Below, in pieces: positions 29,440 through 40,907 of a stretch of 44,437 nt of DNA. This stretch comes from Nemertoderma westbladi. Lineage: Eukaryota; Animalia; Xenacoelomorpha. A program made the translations under genes and the position numbers. Within the stretch, counting starts at the first letter, position 1; each line of letters starts with the position of its first letter. The stretch is from positions 1-44,437 of the forward strand of contig JAUCBJ010004897.1 of the NCBI GenBank assembly GCA_032718475.1, written 5' to 3'. A model generated the notes under the pieces. That model was not told the DNA's origin. It searched no databases and saw only the letters and a program-made list of their open reading frames with translations.

Positions 29440-31476
29440 CAAGTTGTATAAGCTGATAATAAAGATCAGTGAGTAGTCTATAAAGTTGTGTGAACTGACA
29501 ATAAAGTACTATGAGGGAACGATAAAGCTGCGAGAGAGAACTATAAAGTTGTGTGAGGGAACGATAAAGTTGTGAAAGAGAACTATAAAGTTGTGAAAGA
29601 GAACTATAAAGTTGTGTGAGTGAACGTTACAGTTGTGAGAGAGAACTATAAAGTTGTGTGAGGGAACGATAAAGTTGTGAGAGAGAACTATAAAGTTGTG
29701 TGAGGGAACGATAAAGTTGTGAAAGAGAACTATAAAGTTGTGTGAGTGAACGTTACAGTTGTGAGAGAGAACTATAAAGTTGTGTGAGGGAACGATAAAG
29801 TTGTGAAAGAGAACTATAAAGTTTTGTGAGGGAACGATAAAGTTGTGAGAGAGAACTATAAAGTTGTGTGAGGGAACGATAAAGTTGTGAAAGAGAACTA
29901 TAAAGTTGTGTGAGTGAACGTTACAGTTGTGAGAGAGAACTATAAAGTTGTGTGAGGGAACGATAAAGTTGTGAGAGAGAACTATAAAGTTGTGTGAGGG
30001 AACGATAAAGTTGTGAAAGAGAACTATAAAGTTGTGTGAGTGAACGTTACAGTTGTGAGAGAGAACTATAAAGTTGTGTGAGGGAACGATAAAGTTGTGA
30101 AAGAGAACTATAAAGTTTTGTGAGGGAACGATAAAGTTGTGAAAGATAACTATAAAGTTGTGTGAGGGAACGATAAAGTTGTGAAAGAGAACTATAAAGT
30201 TTTGTGAGGGAACGATAAAGTTGTGAAAGAGAACTATAAAGTTGTGTGAGTGAACGTTACAGTTGTGAGAGAGAACTATAAAGTTGTGTGAGGGAACGTT
30301 ACAGTTGTGAGAGAGAACTATAAAGTTGTGTGAGGGAACGATAAAGTTGTGAAAGAGAACTATAAAGTTTTGTGAGGGAACGATAAAGTTGTGAAAGAGA
30401 ACTATACAGTTGTGTGATTGAACGTTACAGTTGTGAGAGAGAACTATAAAGTTGTGTGAGGGAACGATAAAGTTGTGAAAGAGAACTATAAAGTTGTGTG
30501 AGGGAACGATAAAGTTGTGAAAGAGAACTATAAAGTTGTGTGAGTGAACGTTACAGTTGTGAGAGAGAACTATAAAGTTGTGTGAGGGAACGATAAAGTT
30601 GTGAAAGAGAACTATAAAGTTTTGTGAGGGAACGATAAAGTTGTGAAAGATAACTATAAAGTTGTGTGAGGGAACGATAAAGTTGTGAAAGAGAACTATA
30701 AAGTTTTGTGAGGGAACGATAAAGTTGTGAAAGAGAACTATAAAGTTGTGTGAGTGAACGTTACAGTTGTGAGAGAGAACTATAAAGTTGTGTGAGGGAA
30801 CGTTACAGTTGTGAGAGAGAACTATAAAGTTGTGTGAGGGAACGATAAAGTTGTGAAAGAGAACTATAAAGTTTTGTGAGGGAACGATAAAGTTGTGAAA
30901 GAGAACTATAAAGTTGTGTGATTGAACGTTACAGTTGTGAGAGAGAACTATAAAGTTGTGTGAGGGAACGATAAAGTTGTGAAAGAGAACTATAAAGTTT
31001 TGTGAGGGAACGATAAAGTTGTGAAAGAGAACTATAAAGTTGTGTGATTGAACGTTACAGTTGTGAGAGAGAACTATAAAGTTGTGTGAGGGAACGATAA
31101 AGTTGTGAAAGAGAACTATAAAGTTGTGTGAGGGAACGATAAAGTTGTGAAAGAGAACTATAAAGTTGTGTGAGCCTATTTTGAATTTGTGTGAATGGAC
31201 TATAATGTTGTATGAGGGGACTATAAAGTTATGTTAGCGGGCTATAACGTATTGTTGGGCGGTATATGTGCGAGGGAATAATAACGTTTTGTGTGCGGAT
31301 TATAAAGTTATGGTGAGCGGACTATAAAGTGGTGTGAGGGGACTATAAAGTTGCGTGAGCAGATTATAAATAAAAGAAAGTGGGCGGACGATGCGTGTGG
31401 ATTATACATACAGTGGTGTGGGAGACAAGAGCTGGGCGAGCGGGAAATAAAGTTGTGAGCAAGTTATAAAGTTGAG
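29440..31476. repeat. Satellite of 21-bp monomers in 42-bp dimers (GAGAACTATAAAGTTGTGTGA + GGGAACGATAAAGTTGTGAAA) with higher-order repeats and degenerate flanks
   Basis: Homogeneous core 29530-31174; variant GAAAGATAAC at 30141 and 30645 (504 bp = 24 monomers); TGAACGTTACAG variants spaced 126/168/210 bp. Confidence 0.98.
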
Positions 31477-34400
31477 CGCGTTAAATCTATCAACATAACT
31501 TGACGTTGCGTTGTTGAAACTTAACGGGTCAGGGAGTCTTTGACCATGTTGAATAAAGTATTTGTTTTAAATCGAGAATTTTAAAATAATAGCCTATTGC
31601 TGGAGTCGGTACGTTTGTTGCAGTGGAAAAATAAATATAGATTATTTTTTTCTTAATCGTCGAATTATGCCTAACCTGCGGTCGTTTTATACTAGAATTT
31701 ATAATAAATAAGTAAATGAAAATTGTGAAAATGAAAGAGATATATAGTAGGCCTTATACGTAATATATTTTATTAATATTAAATAGTAAATATTTACCAA
31801 ACGATATTATAGAACAACGTATATCCAAACACCATTAAACTAAAATTACATTCACTTTTACATATAGTTTTCTCAAATGTAGGCATATAACTGCCCAGTT
31901 GGTTTACTTAATAGCACAAAACACACACTAAACTTAAAACATCAAAATTCTAAAACAATGTTATATAAGAAACATGCAGATGAACTATAGATAATCGCAC
32001 TAACAAATAATTATTGAATGATAAGTAAATCCTTTTTGCACGTATTAGAAAATATTAACTTAATCGGCAAGAAGTACCATCAATTATCGATTCAGCTAGC
32101 GGTGCACGGTAAAAATGGTAATGGACTGACGTATTTCGCTTCCATATTGCATTCATTCATCCCCGGCCTCAAAGACGCCAACAAAACGAGCGGAAAATTT
32201 AATTTCGGGACCAGATACCAGGGAATCTCAAACAGTAGAAGGAATAATAATTGATTTAGTTTAGTAACTGTGCCTGGGTGTAGTGGCCTCGTGAGGCTGT
32301 ACCAATGACTGCGGGGAGTATACAGTACATGGGTAACGCCATTCCCGTTTAAATGCCGCCTAGGCCTAGTCCAACAGTCAGTGTGTGTGTGCGCGGTGAT
32401 GCCTACTAATTGCCTACCGTCAACCTTTACTGTCAGCGTCACTGGCCGAATAGAATATTCCGAGGCCTAGAGTTCGGGAAGAAAGGTTGGAGGGTTCTCA
32501 GATCGGAATCAATAGGGGGGGAATTATCTTATAACGATTCTTGTAAATTACGTCCCGGAAGCGTTTAAACCCAATTTACGTGGAGCAATGTGTTAATAAG
32601 GTGAGACGGGCGCCCGTAGGGCGGGGATTTAAGGAATATCTGATCTTAGTGAATCTTCTCTATTTTGGAAAAAAGATTTTAAAAGATACCTGATTTATTT
32701 AATTCGCGGATTAATTTATTTTAAAGAAAGAGAAATTACAAAAGATTACATCATAAGTAGTTTATGCACAATTAATGCATAAACTGCATTCTTAAAATCC
32801 TTAGTATGTTACAATTTGAGTATAAAACTTCATACCGGCTACATACAACATACAGTACTTAGATCATCTGATTCTCGTGACTATATTTGCCATCCCGATA
32901 AAATACTATAACAGTAACATAAATGCTCGCTACGTTGTAATGTGCTGCATTACATCACTCTGTCAACAAAGGATACGAAGTTAATTGATATTGAATTTAG
33001 GAATACAAAAAATATTTTGGAATGAAGCCTGGGGTGAAGTAACGCCAGTTTACGTGACAAGATCCTCGGGAAGGTAAAATAATTCGAGAAGTAAATTCCT
33101 TCAGCCAGTTCCGTATTACGTTCTATTGCGCATACAGTGGCTCTCGTTGATTTCTAAAAAACGGGGACCAAACCGGCAACATAGTATGGGACAGGGACAT
33201 TGAGGGGCGATCCACATCGCTGAGCTTAGCCAGCAGTTCAGTATGGGTCAGATGTGCTTGGTTCGAGTATGTTTGAACGTAAATATTTCAGCAAAAGGTC
33301 AAGTGAAATTTCAAGAAAATATGTATTTCTTTATAGTAGATTAAAATTTTTACAGAACCTCAAACCGGTAATCTAAACAAAACACAAAATCTTGTTTGAA
33401 ACATCTAAATATTATGCTCCGATGGACGTACAACACAAATTATAAAGATCGACAGAAGTTTTAGTTTGAAATTGAATAATAAAATTGTGTTGATCTCAAC
33501 AAAAGAATAATCGTTTCAAGAGTTCAAGCAGCTAATAATTAGTTTGTATAAACGGAGCAAACAGTAGAAAACTAACACCAAAGCACACCACACAATCGGT
33601 TAGGTTAGTAAACTCAACGAAACTAAAAAGCCTTACAAATTGTTTAACTGTACCAAAATTACAAGTTTCATACAAAATAATACTGTACAATAAGATATTT
33701 GTAAGAGCGAAAATAACTTACTAAGAGTGAATATCTTTCGCGATATCAGTTAGCATTATATCTACCTTACCCAGATAGTCCAACACCGTTTTCTTTATGA
33801 TTATATCATTAACTTTATCTCCAGTCGTATTAAACTGTTTTAATAGCTAAGTATTTTATCCCAATGATGATATTTTGAGTTACAGTTATTTTAACTTTTA
33901 ATGACGGCGCGAGAAAACCTTACAGTATAATATATCGCGATGTTGCACCTCAGTTTGTAAAAATGTGAAAATAAAATCCAAAAATAGTAAACAAGCGACT
34001 ATTATTTGAAATTAAAACTAAAGATTTGTTATATTTAATAACGGACGCGCCGCGCATCGCCTAACCAAATAACTTCCACATGGCGACATGCGAAATTTTT
34101 GTAAATTGTCCAAGATGATCTCCAAAAAGATTATAGTTAAATAACTATAGTACCACGCCAATTAATAACTTCGCGCATACAAAATATATAATAGTTCGAA
34201 TAGTAATATACTGTATAAATGCAAACTTAGGGAGTTATAAACCGGCCTTAAATTACCCTGGGACAGTAATTATCAACACAATAACAACAATAATAATAAT
34301 ATTATACGTGGGTTGCGATGCACAAGTATCTCGTACAGTGATTAAATATGTTACATGTTATCTGAAGTAGATTGGCATTTATAATTCTCCATATCGCAGC

Positions 34401-34634
34401 ACTAATAACAACAAAGGAATGCGAGCTGCCTAAAAAACAAAATAAATTCGAAAGACTATAAAACACAAACCAAATCTTTTCATCATTACAAATATTCAGC
34501 ACGGTGTAGCATCAAAATTCTCAAAGGATTCTCAAATAAATATAAACACAATGTATAAAAAAATAATATTTGCTTAAAAAACTAGAAGCAACTCAACTCT
34601 CGTGCACAAATTAACCCGCGCACATTGTGTGTTG

Positions 34635-35615
34635 CTAAGCGACGGAATCTGAGAGTTTCGCAGTTTCCTCTGTATCTCCGGGGTAGAGAACGCTGTACGA
34701 CGGTGGGTGTCTGGTGGTTGCGGTGGCAACCGTCGTCATGGGAACGGATGAATCAGAGAGTCCGGGACTCTTGGCGCGGACGGGCGTCGTCGAAGCGGTC
34801 GCCGAGTTCCGGTGGACGCGAACGAAGTTGACGCACATGTTGGTGAGGATGACAAGACCGATGATGATAAAAATAGCGATGCCGACCCCGAGTAGGATGT
34901 GCAGCCAGTTGGGGCCACCGGCGCCGACGACGTTGCACTCGGCTGGACGGCCCTCGTCTTGCTTCCACGACATTCGAGTCCCGAGTCGGTCAAACACGTC
35001 AGCCAATAAGCGATCTACGCGTTGTGTCATCTTCTTGTTGGTGTAGCCATCGATGGGGCCGTGTTGCCATGCGAACATGTCGTCGTTGACGATGTTGTAC
35101 ATAGTGCTAGAGGCGTTCCCCGCCTCCACGTAAGTCCACACTTGCAGGGCGTGCTGGGGTTTCGCATGCAGCGTGGTCACAAGTAGCGCAATGTTTACCA
35201 GCACCGTGGTCTTATAGCCGCAATTAGTGCAGCCGAAGTCCCAATTTGCGCGGGTTTTCATTGCGAAAGGAATGATGACATTCTCGCGAGTCTCGGGGTA
35301 CTGATTGGCCATGTAGTCCGCGTAGTAAATCTTATACGCGGTGATCACCACATGTAGGTAGTCCACGGTGCGGTCGCATGGCGACTCGGGGCACGGACAG
35401 TAGGTGCCGTGCGCCAGGGCTCGCAGACGTTCGTTCAACTCCGTAAGGTAATTGTCGTCTAACATATTGTGCGGGTCGCAGACGAGACCCGGCGCCTTTA
35501 ATCCGCAATCCCAGTATTCCTTTTGCGGACTCGTTATATGCGCATCTTCGCAAGAGCCGCGATTTGCGATTGCGAAAAAAACTACGAGAATTATGTTGAA
35601 TTTCTGAGAATACAT
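34635..35615 (-). CDS. MOLO-1-like (TPM-domain) single-pass type I membrane protein, ~326 aa
   Basis: Uninterrupted GC-rich ORF. Signal peptide MYSQKFNIILVVFFAIANRGSC from ATG 35615; CGLKAPGLVCDPHNMLD..LNERL..TYCPC resembles the MOLO-1 family C-x-CDP..L signature; FA....NWDFGC; TM WLHILLGVGIAIFIIIGLVIL; S/T/P-rich tail with PPSY. Splice acceptor TTTTATTTATTACAG lies 24 nt upstream of the ATG, so the track's 35657 start is probably intronic. Confidence 0.8.
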   Translation of the reverse strand: MYSQKFNIILVVFFAIANRGSCEDAHITSPQKEYWDCGLKAPGLVCDPHNMLDDNYLTELNERLRALAHGTYCPCPESPCDRTVDYLHVVITAYKIYYADYMANQYPETRENVIIPFAMKTRANWDFGCTNCGYKTTVLVNIALLVTTLHAKPQHALQVWTYVEAGNASSTMYNIVNDDMFAWQHGPIDGYTNKKMTQRVDRLLADVFDRLGTRMSWKQDEGRPAECNVVGAGGPNWLHILLGVGIAIFIIIGLVILTNMCVNFVRVHRNSATASTTPVRAKSPGLSDSSVPMTTVATATTRHPPSYSVLYPGDTEETAKLSDSVA

Positions 35616-35639
35616 TTTTAATTCTTCAGTTGGCACAGA

Positions 35640-35657
35640 CTGTAATAAATAAAACAT
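35640..35657 (-). promoter_or_regulatory. Putative 3' splice acceptor of a 5'UTR intron of the MOLO-1-like gene
   Basis: Minus strand ATGTTTTATTTATTACAG|TCTGTGCC: pyrimidine tract plus CAG. Confidence 0.6.
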
Positions 35658-35789
35658 ACATGGAATTCATTAAAAAAGCCACATTTAATCAATTTAAGGA
35701 GGAAAATACATAGGAAAATGTTAACGAAGTCTCATACGTCAGTTAATTTTATCAAATTCTTTCGCAAACACACACACCACAATGACAGC

Positions 35790-36190
35790 TAAGCCAGATT
35801 ACTCCAATACAAAAAGCAGCTTTAAGATTCGGCATCTCACGACAAGGCGTGTAAGGTTGCGGGTAGCAAGCGATGTGGATTGGATAGAAGAATGGAACAA
35901 CTGCAGCTCGTACACAGTGCGGTAAGTAAGTGCAATGCGGATCCCTCCAGGAGGGTAACAGAGGCAGCTCTCTCTCTCTCACACACTCCAGTGTGCAGCA
36001 CAGCACCAGTTGGTAAAATGCCCCCCACACCCACATCCAATCATCCCCACAAATCCCATGCTGCCAATGCCGGCCCAGAGGTCCCCCCCCCCCCTCCCCA
36101 AGCACACAACTATATACACCAAGATTTGATAAAAGCCATGATTGATCAGGACTGAAAGGACATAAAATTGGATTTCCTAGTGGGGTTACG
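35790..36190 (+). pseudogene. Possible DIRS/Ngaro gag-pol junction relic
   Basis: With frameshifts: DW..W.NCS.VHS.SKCNA (Cys/His finger-like), then HNYIHQDLIKAMI..GLKGHKIGFP, resembling the DIRS/Ngaro pre-RT motif HPD..FV..L..GF.IG[FY]. Confidence 0.35.
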
Positions 36191-36569
36191 AAGCACACAA
36201 ATACCAAAGTTAATCGACAATCAACTTTACTAGGGAGTCGGTATAAACCACTATAATACCACTATGTACGCTGGAATAGAAATTGATTTTCATTAAAACT
36301 AAATTAATTATTCTTCATCTAATTCCAAATGCAACAGTTAGTAGTTGTCCAGCGTAACGTGGACATCATACGAATATAAATAATTGGAGGGCCGGAAATT
36401 GAGTGATGTTGCTGAGAAGTTTAAGGAATTGATCCACATATATAGGGAGTGGAGGGGGGGGGGGGGGAAACAAAAGTCGTTTATTACATTTTGTTTATTA
36501 AACATACCGGTAATTAATTGCTTAATTTATTTTTAGGTGGTCGGGGAGTAACCTCCAATTCCAGAATCC

Positions 36570-37655
36570 TTACTGGGGCAACACTAGTTGGAGAATACCC
36601 CAAATCAGAAACACCTTTGGAAAATTCTTAGCCAGTTTTCCAGAACATGAGAAGTGGCAACGGATGATGCGGTTAGAGATTTGGTCTATTTTGTCCAATA
36701 CTGCATGTGCAGTTGGATTCATCAATAGACCAATTCCTCCATTGCCACTATCATCTGCTGACGCGAGGGCGAGTCGCCAACCGCCCCCCATGTCCTTAAT
36801 CAGAACCTCATCAGTCTGTCCAGTCTGCATTCGTTGCTCTTGAATACCCACTGCGGAAAGAGAAAGCTTATATACCAAGGCAGTCAGCTCACACTGTCGC
36901 ATTAGGGACCCGAGTGTTAGGGTGTTTACTGAGGCTAGTCTTGTAACTTGCCTCAGGTCCACTAATGGCTTGGTTGGTTGGGGTGGAACATGAGAGTAGC
37001 TTCAAACTCCAGAATCCCTCTCCCCATCACAATCTGGCCTCCCTGGTGACCCAGGGTTTGGGCCAGAAATGTCATCAGGGGACTCACAGACTGGACTCAC
37101 TGTTGACTCAGCGAATTTTTGGCCGTTTTCTCTCCAGTAGGGGGTAAACAGGCAGCCAGTCAGGAGATAACTGACGCCTGCGAGGCCAATTGTGTCCGGT
37201 AATTCCACTGGCCTCTAGTCGCCGGACCTCGGCATTACTAATGTAATCCATAGTGGGGGTTGGGGGTGCTTTTTGCTGAGTCATTGATGCAATTACCGCA
37301 CCCAGGTTTGCCATTCCACAGGGTGGGTGTCGCAGTGGAGTCAGATATAGGGCCCATCACCCATACCTACTCTGAAGCACATGACACACCATTGGCTATG
37401 CAGCTCATCTGCTGGGCCATGCCCTGGACCCCTGCAGCCAGGTGCAGGTGAAATGCTTCTCAAATTGGAGATGAGACCACTATACTCCTGACCAGCCATT
37501 CTGCGCATTAGTAGATTACTATCTAATTACAAGACCAGATTATGCCCTTAGTAAGAGGGTCTATGCAGCCACAGGTGGTACCTCCTTTATGCTGCATGGA
37601 GGGAGGTGGGAGGTCGCAGGTTTTCTGAATCAATGACCCAGATGACCTGACCTGA
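36570..37655 (-). mobile_element. 5' end of the RTE-like LINE: 5'UTR plus N-terminal APE endonuclease, 3'-truncated
   Basis: 36962-36570 encodes LASVNTLTL..AVGIQEQR..GNGGIGLLM..ISNRIIRCHF (APE motifs), homologous to 9850-10010; GC-rich leader extends to ~37655, where it abruptly gives way to AT-rich DNA. Confidence 0.85.
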
Positions 37656-38744
37656 CAGTAAATATATAAATAGAATAAAATATCAAAATAATATAAAATA
37701 CAAAATACAAAATAAAATATTGATCCATTGCGGTTATTCCTGATTACAAATCAGCAATGAATTTGATTTCGTTTGAAATGTTGGATCTGTATGGCCGTTG
37801 GCCTACTTTTATTTTGTGCATAACTGATTAAATAGTTTTAACTCCATGTCCATGTAACCTAGGTTACATTTAGTCTAATACTAGTACTCTCAAGGTAATT
37901 CATAGCTGGACTATTATACAAGTTTTCTAAGTCTTAGTGGTATCTGTATAACTTTTAGCTATGGACAGTGTTTCTGGTTATTTTAATGTTTTATCTGCCA
38001 ATTTTTACTGAATAAATGCCGGCTAGACCGGGCGCAACAAGTTAATAAAATAATAATATAATTTTTGGCATATGTAGAGGAAATGAGAGGTGGCAGATTA
38101 AGATGCAACTCGAGTATAGAGAAGGAGTTGTTTACTGATAGTTAAATGTGTGAATGAATATACATTAACTAGAGTACTCACTTTTTCAACTTCTAGCAAA
38201 AAAAATCCTATAGAAATATTGTGAATTTTTATACTTCTTGAGGGATAAGTATTTCAAGTTGTGAATATATTACAAATACAACGGTGCCCGGAATAGTACG
38301 CATTGTAAATTGTAATATTGAGGATTATACAACATTATTTTAACAATAATAATCTAGCATAATTATAATAGCATAAGTATTAAGTATAGTAGCATAGCTT
38401 ATATAGCATAAGTATAATTATATTGTATTTATAGGTGTGTAGACTGTGTACGTATGATTACTGATTTTCAATTTGCATGTAAGCAATAATGATCTAAGAC
38501 TACGCTGAAATATACAACAATTATACAATAAATGTATTCACCGCGGTAGATTCTGTAGTAAAAAAGATAATTATTATTAGAACGCCAGATGGCTGTGTCG
38601 GCAATATCCAACCCATTCCTCCTCACTTTATCAGCTGACACGACAATACAAATCGATGGCAGCCATAAATAAACGAGAAGATATCAAATGGAAACAACAT
38701 TTCATAATTTATTACTGATTTTAGAGATATTTAGTATCTTAATG

Positions 38745-40907
38745 GATACAGTAATGGAAGAAGTATCAAAAACCGGGTACAATATGATGTAACATAATAA
38801 CGGACACAAAGGATATATTAATGGAAACAATCATAGTAGAGGTGAATCATAACAGATACAATAATATGAGGTATATATCACAACATATCGCAATAGAGGC
38901 GGTATCATAACTGGTACAACAGAGGAGATAACAATAACTGGTACAATAGAGGAGATATAAAACTGGTACAATAGGAGATATCATAACTAGTACAATAGAG
39001 GCGGTATCATAACTGGTACAATAGAGGAGATATAAAACTGGTACAATAGGAGATATCATAACTAGTACAATAACTGGTACAATAGGAGATATCATAACTG
39101 GTACAATAGATGAGATATAATAACTGGTACAATATAAGATATATCATAACTGGTACAATAGAGGAGATATAAAACTGGTACAATAGGAGATATCATAACT
39201 AGTACAATAGAGGAGATATAATAACTGGTACAATATAAGATATATCATAACTGGTACAATAGAGGAGATATAAAACTGGTACAATAGGAGATACCATAAC
39301 TGGTACAATAAAGGAGATATCATAACTGGTACAATATAAGAGATATCATAACTGGTACAATATAAGATATATCATAACTGGTACAATAGAGGAGATATCA
39401 TTACTGGTACAATAGAGGAGATATCATAACTGGTACAATAGAGGAGATATAAAACTGGTATAATAGGATATATCATAACTGGTACAATAAAGGAGATATC
39501 ATAACTGGTACAATATAAGAGATATCATAACTGGTACAATATAAGAGATATCATAACTGGTACAATAGAGGAGATATCATTACTGGTACAATAGAGGATA
39601 TATCATAACTGGTACAATAGAGGAGATATAAAACTGGTACAATATGAGATATCATAACTGGTACAATAAAGGAGATATCATAACTGGTACAATATAAGAG
39701 ATATCATAACTGGTACAATATAAGAGATATCATAACTGGTACAATAGAGGAGATATCATTACTGGTACAATAGAGGAGATATCATAACTGGTACAATAGA
39801 GGAGATATAAAACTGGTACAATATGAGATATCATAACTGGTACAATAAAGGAGATATCATAACTGGTACAATATAAGAGATATCATAACTGGTACAATAT
39901 AAGAGATATCATAACTGGTACAATAGAGGAGATATCATTACTGGTACAATAGAGGAGATATCATAACTGGTACAATAGAGGAGATATAAAACTGGTACAA
40001 TAGGAGATATCATAACTGGTACAATAAAGGAGATATCATAACTGGTACAATATAAGAGATATCATAGCTGGTACAATAGAGGAGATATCATTACTGGTAC
40101 AATATAGGAGATATCATAACTGGTACAATAGAGGAGATATCATAACTGGTACAGTAGAGGAGATATAAAACTGGTACAGTAGGAGACATCATAACTGGTA
40201 CAATAAAGGAGATATCATATCTAGTACCAGTTAAATAACTGGGAGCAAATCTTGGGATAGGAGTAGCGCCCACCCCTACCCTCGGGTAGCAGCTATCGAA
40301 AGAGGAGCCTTCGGGTCGCCTCTGGCTTCGGCCGACTGTTTGCTTTTTTTTTATAGCTAGTACAATAGAGGCGGTATCATAACTGGTACATACAGAGGAG
40401 ATATAAAACTGGTACAATAGGAGGTATAGTAACTGGTACAATAAAGGAGATATCATAACTGGTACAATATAGGAGATATCATAACTGGTACAATAAAGGA
40501 GATATCATAACTGGTATAATATAAGAGATATCATAACTGGTACAATAGAGGAGATAAGATTACTGGTACAATAGAGGAGATATCATAACTGGTACCATAG
40601 AGGAGATACCATAACTGGTACAATAGAGGTGATATCATACTAGTACAATAGAGGGGATATCATAACTGGTCCAATAGAGGTGATATCTTTACTGATTCAA
40701 CAGAGGAGATATCATTACTGGTACATTGGAGGAGATACATAACTGGTACCATAGAGGTGATATCATATCTGGTACAATAGAGAAGATATTATAACTGGTA
40801 AATAGATGAGATATTATAACTGGTACAATAGAGAAGATATTATAACTGGTAAATAGATGAGATATCATAACTGGTACCATAGAGGAGATATCATAACTGG
40901 TATACAA
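38745..40907. repeat. Satellite of 24-26-bp monomers (AACTGGTACAATAGAGGAGATATCAT) with a 179-bp 7-mer higher-order repeat
   Basis: TGGTACAATAAAGG recurs at 39301, 39480, 39659, 39838, 40017, 40196; degenerate at both ends. Confidence 0.98.
40228..40356 (+). mobile_element. 5'-truncated SINE 3' portion inserted into the satellite
   Basis: GC-rich ~130 bp (GGAGTAGCGCCCACCCCTACCCTCGGGTAGCAGCTATCGAAAGAGGAGCCTTCGGGTCGCC..) ending in a T-run, flanked by CTAGTAC (40221-40227 and 40357-40363). From memory it resembles the tail of widespread invertebrate tRNA-SINEs (MetaSINE-type). Confidence 0.7.

Noticed and set aside
29440-31476. CRISPR-like alternation of constant and variable segments
   Set aside because: The variable parts are just a few recurring monomer variants, not unique spacers.
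34625-35553. Short overlapping ORFs within the MOLO-1-like CDS (likewise within the GT32 and RT ORFs)
   Set aside because: Shadow ORFs of the real coding sequence, with no independent motifs.
37515-37575. Twister-like words on the plus strand (TACAAGACC, AGAG, TGCAGC)
   Set aside because: Antisense to the LINE and lacking the conserved GGT and TAA elements; topology does not close.
38847-40907. MISPIVPV-type minus-strand ORFs
   Set aside because: Satellite translation; most unit lengths are not multiples of three.
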